This document shows, piece by piece, positions 54,210 through 64,000 of a stretch of DNA of 64,000 nucleotides. The stretch is taken from contig MU058844.1 of assembly GCA_013265495.1 (NCBI GenBank), positions 5,186,344-5,250,343 on the forward strand, in the 5' to 3' direction. A program made the translations under genes and the position numbers. Origin of the DNA: Vicugna vicugna (taxonomy: Eukaryota). Numbering within the stretch: position 1 is the first letter of the stretch; every line of letters begins with the position of its first letter. The notes below the pieces were generated by a model. That model did not search any database and had not been told where the DNA came from. It was given only the letters and a program-made list of their open reading frames with translations.

Positions 54210-55257
54210 CAAACACTTAATATAGTTGGGTTTGATAGCAGAATGAGTATGTTAGAAATAATGAACTGGAAGACCAAACTGAGTTTTTTCCCCTAAAAAT
54301 GTAGTAACGTGCCAGACAAAGAAATGAAAAAATATGGAGATGCTAAAATAGAAGACAATAAGCTACAACAGTAACAACAAAGAGGAAGAACTAGCAAGTT
54401 ATCAAAGAAACAACAAAAAGTTACTTTCCAGAGGTTAAGAAAGATGAGTTTCATATAAAAAATATCATCTAAGTGCTTAATGGAAATAATACAAAGATCT
54501 AGGTACACAACTCTAAGCATTTCTACAAAGAACAGAACAAGCGACAATAAAACAAGGAAGCAAATACATGCATACATATGTACGAACTGTATGGAGAACT
54601 TATAAAGATATAAAAATAAAAATCTCCATAGCCAACTCATGCAAAATACTCGTAAAAAGCAATGATGAAATAGTCACTCCATCACTCATCAGCAAATTTA
54701 ATAGAGTAACTTATTTTTCAGTCATGGTTCTAGGTGCTTGAAATATGTCCTTGAAGAAAACAAAAATATCCCTACCTGCCACTATCATCCTTCCGTTTGA
54801 ATCTAAGTACCAATGGCTAAATGAGCATCCAAGTGGCAGGGTAAAATAAGTATCTTTTTAACATTAAAAGATTTATTAAGCGCAGACTAAGCTGAATTAC
54901 CAGAGGATATGTTCAAATGAATAAAAATAAATTAAAGAAAAAGCTATTTCTTCTGGGAAAATTACAGAAAATCTTATCTGTCCTGATGCAAAGGAAATAT
55001 AAATATAGCAGTAGGTAATGCAAACATATAATGCTTGTCAAATTTTTGAGACCTCTCTTCATCTAAAATAAATACATGCAATATCCATAAAAAAGTACTA
55101 CCAACCAAACTCACTTATGAGATTTATGTAAAAGCCTGAAATAAAATATTGTCAAACCAAAGCCAAAAACACCTTAAAGCTTTAAATAGTGTTTATTTCA
55201 GGATTCATAAAAATCTATTATATATATTAATAAATGCATTAATACATTTACTGCATA

Positions 55258-55828
55258 ATATGTTAATTTATATTGCTGCACAATAAATTATCTCAGGCTT
55301 GTCTTAAAATAATGTGTATTAGTTTTCATGGCTCATAAGTTCAAGCACAGCTTAACTGGTTCCTCTGTTCAGGGCATCTCAAGGCTGCAGTCAAAATGTC
55401 TCAAGTAATTTCTGGGATTCTCTTCTAGGATCACATGGTTGTTCACATTATTCATTTCTTTGAATTGCAAAATTGAGGCCAAATCCCAAGAGGCCACCTG
55501 TCTCAACTGACAGTTTACAACAAGTCTGTTAGCTTCTTTGTGGCCAGAAGAACACCTCTGCTACCTTTAGTCTCTTCTGTCTCTGACTTCTAGACCTTCT
55601 TTTAAATGACTAACATGATTAGATCAGGCTCACACAGGATAATCTTCCTTTTTATTAACTTAAGCTGATTATGGGTTTTTATTGTATCTGCAAAATCCCT
55701 TTTTAAAATTTCATATAATGTAATCACAGGAAAAATATTCCATCATTTTTACCATATTCTTTTGGTTAGAGTGAAGAGATTGAGCAAGGGTATGGATCAT
55801 TGTGGATCATAGTCTTCTCCCTACAACA
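55258..55828 (-). mobile_element. MLT1E-like MaLR LTR
   Basis: gcacagcttaactggttcctctgttcaggg...caaggctgcagtcaa; catgattagatcaggctcacacaggataatct; tatctgcaaaatccctt; ends ...ctacaaca. Confidence 0.65.
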
Positions 55829-55915
55829 TATAATGAAAATGTATTAAAAATTCACTAATATCTCTATGTCTTTCATTTATCTGTTATTATATAGTAATGT
55901 AAAATGGCATATGAT

Positions 55916-56424
55916 TGTTACCTAGTCCAGGCTCATACTGCTTGCCACATGACAGGCTAGTAAATTGAGAGACCAGTTGTTAGGGCATGGAATAGTTACT
56001 TTATTTAGAAAACTAGCAGATTGAGAAGATGGTGGACTAGTGTTCCAAAGAATGATCTTGCCCAGGTTTAGATGCTAGTTTCTTTTATAGAACAAAGAGA
56101 GGGAAGTGAGGAGGTAAAGTAAGAAAGGCAGCAGGTTGTTGCAAATATTTCCTGGCTCTAGCCAGATTGTGGAGGGGATATGTTGATTTCTTTTTTCCTG
56201 CAGCCATTCACATGGTGTTTCCTGTGAGCTAAACAACTCGCAGGTATTTTAGTTTAACACTCAGACATGGGAGGCAGAGTTCTGGAGATGGGCCAGTATG
56301 TATAGTTTTAAGCTACAGGCAACGTCCCTTTAGTGATTAAGTTGTAGCGAAAGCACTAGAACACAAAGGTTGAAATAAAATAAAGAGATGCAATATGGAG
56401 TCTGATTTATTCTTCCCCACTATA
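55916..56424 (-). mobile_element. ERV1 solo LTR (MER41-like, 509 bp), 4-bp TSD TGAT
   Basis: TGTTA start, end mutated to ...CTATA; TGAT at 55912-55915 and 56425-56428; minus-strand AATAAA near 56000 and TATAAAA near 56085; ATGGAGTC motif near the right end. Confidence 0.8.
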
Positions 56425-56612
56425 TGATCATCTTTGCAGATTCGTAAAAATTATTTGATAAAATATTACTCCAATTCCTATTAAAAAGACAGTAATTTTG
56501 GAATTAATATATCTCAGTACCAAAGACAGACACTTACTGGAGAAATGCTAAGAGCTTTTCTATTTAGTCATAAACAAAGCATATCTTTTATCTTCACTAC
56601 TGTTTAACACTA

Positions 56613-57115
56613 TGTTGGGAAATATTCTCCATGGATTTCTGCAGTTCTTGTATCAATGTTTTGTTCCAGAATATATTCTCAATTGTGTTTGTATAGTAAA
56701 CAGCCTTAACATACAGATATAATGTCTCCTTGCAGAGCCCAGGACAGACTTGTTTACTGTCCAGAGGAGTTAAGATATAATATGACTTCCTCTGAGACAA
56801 AGGTTGAACAGGTTCACTTGTTTCCTCCTTCTATAATTGGCAGTGTCCTAAATTGGGTGTTCATCACTTGTGACACAAATCCACTGTGTGCACAGCGTCT
56901 ACCTAGGCTGCTCCATATCACCCCGTAGAACTTGGAGATCAAGGAAAACCAACAGAGGCATGAAACTTGTGCTGCCTGTTTTGTCGTGAGTAGTACAATC
57001 CTTTGTGTCTGACCCGAGAGTCTCATACCTTCTGTCAGTATCCCTGGAACTGTGGCAGTCTAATTTCTTAGCTTGTGGTTAGGGTAAAATATCAGACCTT
57101 TCACAGTTCATGATA
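56613..57115 (+). mobile_element. MER76-like ERVL LTR
   Basis: tgttgggaaatattctccatgg start; tgtttgtatagtaaacagcctt; tctgacccgagagtctcat; agggtaaaatatcagacctttcacagttcatgata end. Confidence 0.75.
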
Positions 57116-57273
57116 CATAGTTTTGGAGATATTAGCTATTGAAGTGAGGTGAGACAAAATAACGAGCATGATTAGAACTGGAAAGAAAGGCAGCATTATT
57201 TATATTTGCGTATAATCTGAGTATATATCTGGGAATCTCCCCCCAAATTAGTTACAAAATGAAAACAAATATT

Positions 57274-57451
57274 GTCCTCTTGCCTCTGTCTCTCTTGCCG
57301 TAGGAGAAGGCCTGCACCCTGTCTATGGAGTGAGTATCTACTTTTACTTTAAACACTCCTACACCTCACTGCCTCTCGCCTTTTGAGATGGCCTCCATCC
57401 TGCCTATGGAATGCTTATCTCTCCAAATTAACTTGCTTTCACTTTCAAAAC
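57274..57451 (+). mobile_element. LTR-derived fragment with L1-type insertion hallmarks (probable retrocopy of an ERV transcript 3' end)
   Basis: 12-bp TSD AAAACAAATATT (57262-57273, 57452-57463); insert resembles an ERV1 U3/R segment and stops shortly after a degenerate poly(A) signal, then AAAAC. Confidence 0.6.
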
Positions 57452-60400
57452 AAAACAAATATTAAGGTAATACAGCAAAATATCTTATTTTACAATCAAC
57501 ATACTAAAAACAAATAACCCTCATTGACGCAAGTAAAAAACAATAAAAATGAATAATTGGTAATAGGGAAAAGATATTTGATAGCAAAAATTAAATACTT
57601 AGGCATAAACTTAGTAATATTGAAGAATCTATACAAATAGCTATAAAACACGTTTTTAAAGACATAAAAGTAGACTTTAAAATGGAAAAACATTATTTAC
57701 TTGGATAAAAATACTCAAAACCAAAACATAAAAATTCAGTTATTCTTCAACTTATGAATGTTTTAAAATTGCAATTAAAGTAGTGTCAAGTCCCAATCTA
57801 CAACCATGAGCTAGAGAAGTTGGTTAGAAAATCTACTCTCAAGGACAAGAAAGTGAAACTATCCAGGAAAACCCAGGAAAGAGCAAGGAGAATGGAACAT
57901 AAATGGAGAGACTAATGAAAATCGTTCACCATGAATACAGCATCTTAACTTAGCAAAGAAAGAATGACACGTGAATAACCAGTGATGGGAAAAAACAAAA
58001 CATTGCAACTATTTCCCTATTTTATGAGAAGTTAAATTCCAAATTTTTCCTCTTTGGATCAAATATATAAATGTACCATAAAAAAGAGAAGAAAGTATGA
58101 GTGACTTTCTCTTTAACTAAGGAGAATGGGAACTTCTCCAGTCATCACTCAAAATCCAACATCAATATGAAAAAAAATACGAAGTTGATTTTATTTTCAG
58201 GGAAAAGCAAATATAAGGAAAAAACTTATGAAGTCTTTAATTTCTAGAATCCCATGTGAAATGGAAAGCTTATTCTAAGTTATAAATGAAATGACAACAC
58301 TTGAACAAACTTAAGCTCTTAAGGGAATATTTGCTTAAAATCAAAGCTTAGTGATGTCCCACTTTCCCTAACCTCAATATTCAACAGCAGTCTTGGCTTT
58401 TCCCAGCTAGGCCTTAATTTCATCATCTCACATTTAATCATATTTAATTGTATATTTACTTTGCTTGATTAATAATCTATATATTCAACATTCATGCAAC
58501 TTACATCTATTCATCATTTAATATTTATTTCTTCTGGTATTATTGAAACATTTCATTAATCTTTCCCTTCCATTAAAAAAAAAATAGAGAACATGTTTTT
58601 TCTCTTTCTTCTGCCCTGACTTTGACATTTATAGGATAACCTCAGTTTTTCAAATAGGTGATAATCAAATAGCATATGTTGAGTATCTACAGGCAAGATA
58701 GTCAGAGTCTTTAGGGCCGAGTCCTGCCCCGCAATCAAGGAGCACACCAGTACAACTGTTGTTGGTGAAATACTTAATTTTTTCTTCCATTAAACTAACA
58801 TTTTATACACTTAACTATGTTCCCAATACTAAACTGGACTCTCCGTATACAAAGCACATTTTGACCTTAATATATATATCCTGTATTAGGAAGCAATTAC
58901 TTAGTGCATTTACAGAATGATATACTAAGCTGTAAATTCCACATCAACTCTTCATAATGATAAAACATCTAACTATAGAGATGCCATACAGACTCCTGCT
59001 ACAATGACTGTGTATTGTACCACACAGTGGCAAGTGGGAAGCTAATGTCTGGAATACACAGACACGCACGCACACACTTTTTGGTGGAGAATCAAATACT
59101 TAATGGTGTATGTACTTGTTTTTATTTATTTTATTCTTTTTAGAGCTACTTTAAAAAGTCATGACCATATCTGAGATTTTTTTTTTTGAGTTCCATTTTT
59201 CTTTGACTTTAGTAAAGCATATCTTACATGTTTGTCTTCTTGAGGTTTTTATTGTTGCTTTCCCATTTTTATGGTTCCCAAGTTGTTTCATGGTATTCTT
59301 TCATTATTTTTTTTTAACTAGTTTACTTACTTTAAAATGGCAGCATTGTAGATCCTTGCTATTATTTTCACCTTGAATGAGCAAAAGCATTGTCAGAATA
59401 ATCGTTTTTACAGTAAGCAAGGTAGCATTTCAGTCCTTTTTGCTTTACTTTCAAGTTGAACACATATTAAACCTATGAAATTTCTGGATTACAGTAGGAG
59501 GTTAGAGAATGTAAAATGTGCTATTTAACCAAACAATACTAAACTTTTCTAACAGTTACTTGAAAAACAACTCTGTCATGAATTTTTTTTCTAAAAGGAG
59601 TTTAATCGTTAGTATATATCCATTCTGTTAATTCCTCTACTCATTTTCTTTAAACAGTGCTTAAATACCTTCTCAGAAAAAGAGGTGAAGTTTCTCTAGC
59701 ATCAGAAATAAAATAAGATGTGCTTATCCATTATTAAGTCTGTATTTATTGTGCAGCTGCAATATACCAGACTGTCAACAACTGGGAATAAGGAAGGGCT
59801 TAAAGTGCCTCTGATCAGTTTGATTTTAAATAGAAAAGGTTCCTTAGTTTAAAATAAAATAGCATCTAATGCAGACTTGGTATTCAGTGTGTCAAAATAT
59901 CCAGACATGATGAGTCACTTGAGATACAGGGACTGCTTTTCTCAGTAGCTGCCGAAGGTAAATAGATTTTACCTGGCAGCAATGGCATACTTTCCTTTGT
60001 ATGTTTTCACCTTTGCTCTCCTTGCCCTTGTCCTCTGACAGTTGTTTGAAGTCTCTTGGGTTTCTTCAGAGGGCCTTTGTGTCCTGTTGCCTCATGTACC
60101 CTTTTGCTCACCCATGTATCATGCTGTTTTAAATTCTCTTTCTTAGGTTAGTGTACAGTGTCTTTATATTCTTCCTGACTTTTTGTTAATTAACAACATT
60201 ATCTTAACCCACAACTTCCTTTATTTAGAACTTATCACTGTATTTAGACACAGAATTGCAAAGCCTATTTTCTGGTGCCAGCTTATAACTACGTCCCCAC
60301 CTACTAATTGCTGTACCAACTCTTTCCTCTTGGTTTGACTTTGAGGTTCAGAGAATATTGGTAGCTGGAGATTAAATATACTTTAGTCACCCCTTATATG

Positions 60401-62116
60401 CTAATAAATGCAGTTTATTCATTTGTTCACTATATTTTCAGCAACTTTGTGTGCATTATAGGCTTCGTAATTTTTGATAGAAGTACCCATTGAACATGAT
60501 AAACTCACTATCCTCATAAGTTAAGCTCTCCTTTGTGGGGGACAACAAAGACAATAAACCATACTAAATAATATAGTATTCAATAGTCATGAATGCAATA
60601 TTATAGTGTAAGGCAGGATAAAGGAACAGAGAGAGATGAAAATGAGGACAAACTAATCTTCTATATCCTAATATTCTAAAAAGAACAGTCAGGTCATTTC
60701 TCTCCGAAGAGGAATTTGCCCCCAGATGAACAAAGGGCAAATGCTCATATACGAAGCTATATTCAAGCAGACTGAAGAGCTTTACAGCAGAAGGAAGAAG
60801 AACTAAAGCCCTGAGGTATAAATAAGGGCAGTTATTTGCAGTATAAAAAAGGGGTCTCGTGGGATTGACTATAGTATTGTATGAACAAACAGAAAAGGAC
60901 TTGAAATGAAACAGACATGAATACTATTTTTTAATCTCCATTTTAGAGATGTGAGTTTGATGTCTTTTAACACACTACACGAATGCTATCTATTCATTCA
61001 TGTTGATCACTAATTTTTTCTGGAACACTGTAATAATACTGTAATAATTTAGTATTGCAATTAACCTATATTATTCTCTTACTTAGCCATCACAATACAT
61101 CTGAGATTATAAAAACAAATGTCAGTGAATTTTACATGTAAGGAAACTAAGGAGTTATGACTTATCTAACATGAATAGATAAGTGATACATTTGGAATTT
61201 GTTGGATTCTTTATATAAAAACTTAGCTCTCTTGATCACTAGTTTCAGTTATTTAGAAACAATGTTCAAAGGACCAAATTGGTATCATCATTTAGCTTTA
61301 TTAATGGTGACCCAATTGAAAAATCCTTACTCATCATTAAATATAAGATGCAGAACACAAATTCAATCTGGGATCCAATGAGGTTTTCCTACAGGAAGCC
61401 CCAAATCAAGACTTGAGAACTGTGTGGGGGAAACTTGCTTCTGTACGCAGTTTCACGGTTCATTTAATAAGACATGTTCATATAGAATCTCAGTTTAGCT
61501 TCAGTTACCTTCCAAAGACAGTAAATGAGAGAGAATGTCATGTCTATACTCAAAATGGTGGGTTCTGAGGCCTGAAACTGCCTCCAAAGTGCATACCACC
61601 TGGGAGTAGGGGTCAGAAAGAAGCTGACTTCTCTTCTAAATCATCCATACATACATCAAATAATCCAGAGAGTTAGAGACATATTCTCTGACTGTTGCTG
61701 TAGCAAGCAGTTCAGTGACTCTCTTCACTGGTAATGTAATCCAGTGATATTAGGCCTCCATTGATTAAACTGACCACTTCTCCACCTCAGAGAAAGTATA
61801 GAGATAAAGAGAAAGTTGCAAAGAGAGAGCAGTTCAGAATTATCCTTTTGATAATTCTTCCTTTCAAAGGTCAAGTGGCCTGAGGTTGGAAAGAGTAATG
61901 ATTCCTCTTAATGGTGCCAAGGATATAATTTCTGTATGATACTCTTTATTTTCTGTCTATTATATGTACGCTTGACTAATTATGTGCCATTATTTGAAAT
62001 AAAAAGTGGATATTCAAAGAAAATAGTTGAGGAGAGTCATGTGTGCAGCTGAATGGCACATACAAATTACAGGCAAGGTGTAAAAGATAATTTAAATTCA
62101 GATTCAGACAATCAAT

Positions 62117-62499
62117 TGTATTATCTATTTCTGCATATCAAATTACTCCAAAACTTAGTATCTTGAAACTGCGATACGTGTTACATCACTTTCCATTTTT
62201 CAGGCATGTGGGCATGGCTTAGCTAGGTCCTGTGGCTCAGAATCTCTCACGAGGCTTCAATAGAAACATCAGCTGCGAATACAGTCATCTTAAACCTTGC
62301 TTGGGGAAGGATCTGTTTCCAAGCGCACTCACGTGGCTGTTGGCTGGATTCAGTTCACGTGCTATCACAATAAGGGCCTCAATCCCTTGCTATCTATTAG
62401 CTAGAGATTGCTTTTCATTCCTTGCCAAATGGGCCTCTTCACAGAGTAGCTCACAACCTCCAGGCTTGCTTTATCAGAGCAAGCAAGTGATGAGAGAGG

Positions 62500-62535
<36 letters not shown>
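62117..62535 (-). mobile_element. MLT1F-like MaLR LTR, truncated at an (AG)n tract
   Basis: tgtattatctatttctgcatatcaaattactccaaaacttagt; ggggaaggatctgtttccaagcgcactcacgtggctgttggc; ttccttgccaaatgggcctct. Confidence 0.75.
62503..62535. repeat. (AG)16 microsatellite
   Basis: Read directly. Confidence 0.95.
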
Positions 62536-62538
<3 letters not shown>

Positions 62539-63589
62539 TCAACCACTTTTCAACTTTCAAAGACTGTTTTCTCATCTAAGTGGAGTCATAATACTTTCCT
62601 TGAAACATCATGCCGTAAGAAGCATGGCAAGGCATGTACACATGTTAAAAGCATAAGGTACAATGTAAAGAGAAATCAACTATTTTTGCTGTAGTAGTAG
62701 TATAATTAAAAATAAATATATAATGGGATGAGGTTTGAGTAAGGAGACTGCAAAGCAATATTTTAGGTTTTAGTAGTAGAAGCTAAAGGTGAAACCTCAA
62801 ATTTTGGAAAATACATGCATTTTAAAGTCAACTATTCAATAGAGTGAAGGAAACATTCATTTATTTCAAATATTTCTAAGCACCTTTGCAGTGCCAAGCA
62901 AATTAAATATGGTTTCAGCTATAAAGCTAAAATGAGTTTAATTTTCCTTGAGTGTTACAAATAAAATTGAGCAGAAAAAATGCCTTGAAAGAATATTAGA
63001 ATTAACCTAATGCAAAACTCATGTTTTATTAAAATGAAGAGAGGCAGATTTAAAAGTTTACCTAGATCTTATAGTAACAAAGCATCAGAGTCATCCATAG
63101 AATCCTGGCCTCTGATATCTGGGCCACCTTTTTTTTTTTTTAAGAAAGATAGTTGTTTGTATTCTTTTTCAGCAGACTTTTTCTCTGCTGAATATTTTAT
63201 TATTTCTAACAGGAAAAAAATGAATAGTTGTAAAAAGCAACAGAAGAAATAGAATGAATATTTCATTCTAACACCGTAGAGTCAGATTTTTGGTATGATT
63301 CTATCTTCTGAAAAACATTTTAGAGACTTTTATGCCAATATCTCCCTACCTGACTGAAAGTTGTACTGAAAAGTGTTGAAAACCTTTGGCATTACAGTAA
63401 AGCACTATTTGTTATAGATATTACAAAGGGACTGTAGATGTTACTGTGCTTTTCACCTGCACGAGTCCCTCATGAAAGCCAAGAATGAAAATACTTACGC
63501 TTGCTATTTATAGAAGATTTTGCGACAGACATGAATGTTTCCAAGTTAATAGGTGTATGTTAGCGTGGGTATTTGAATGCTGGGTTAAA

Positions 63590-63770
63590 ACTGTTTATTA
63601 TCCCTTGCTTCCAGATTGAATTAACCTAGGAAGATTTAAATGATACTGAAGCCTTGGTTCCCATATCTGACCAAACAAATCAGAACCACCGGGGTTGCAG
63701 TCAATGTATAATGGTTTCTAAAAAGTTTTTTAGGTGATTGTAGCAAACAGCTAGGGTTGAGAATTTCTGA
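63590..63770. mobile_element. MER5-family hAT-Charlie element
   Basis: aaatcagaacc...aaaaagttttttaggtgattgtagcaaacagctagggttgagaatttctg matches the MER5 3' half. Confidence 0.6.
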
Positions 63771-64000
63771 CTTGTAATAAAGAAGGCATACTCATGTGAA
63801 TTCCGAAACTGTCTAGTCCAAATACTTCCTCCCAAAATGACATCTTCAGTCTTCAGTATTCCAAGACATTCACATTACTTTCTCTTAGAGAGCTCTTTTG
63901 GACTAATGTTTTTGATGGCTTGTAAAGAGTTTCAACATCAAGTTATCAAATTAATGATGTGTCATCACCTGTTAACGTGAAATAGGTGTTATGTTTCTAA

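Larger units (their letters stand above)
54980..58200 (+). mobile_element. Ancient L1M ORF2 remnant split by nested insertions
   Basis: Collinear degraded RT motifs: YRPISL/KILAN-like (about 55095-55170), [18 protein letters not shown] (56424-56480), GEKLKAF..LLFN-like (56538-56608), VLE..IGKE..FADD-like (57118-57240), later KYLGINL-like (about 57595). Confidence 0.7.

Noticed and set aside
586..63266. Remaining 60-115 aa ORFs in the track
   Set aside because: Lengths expected by chance, many with non-ATG starts, low-complexity composition, often inside repeats, and no recognisable domains.

Overview
AT-rich, repeat-dense mammalian genomic DNA, almost certainly camelid (a tRNA-derived Vic-1-type SINE sits at 50766-50885). 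I cannot identify any host protein-coding exon or RNA gene. The only real long ORF is the uninterrupted 1265-aa ORF2 (endonuclease/reverse transcriptase) of a 5'-truncated, minus-strand LINE-1 (18035-22374, 17-bp target-site duplication, TSD) that lacks ORF1 and a promoter. The rest is a layered record of transposon insertions: a young betaretrovirus-like solo LTR with a 6-bp TSD (42333-43037), a rearranged ERV1 remnant with apparently two leader regions (3127-4796), many old MaLR/ERVL LTRs, MIR, MER3/MER5 and L1M fragments, and an old L1 RT region split by three LTRs plus an L1-mobilised LTR retrocopy (55-58 kb). There is a 133-N assembly gap at 44363-44495. Subfamily names come from visual recognition, not from a database search. 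I found no clearly novel biological system. The best leads are a 75-codon upstream ORF filling the L1 inter-ORF spacer and ending on the ORF2 start, the LTR retrocopy, the double-leader ERV1, and a minus-strand bias of LTRs that hints at a plus-strand host transcript.
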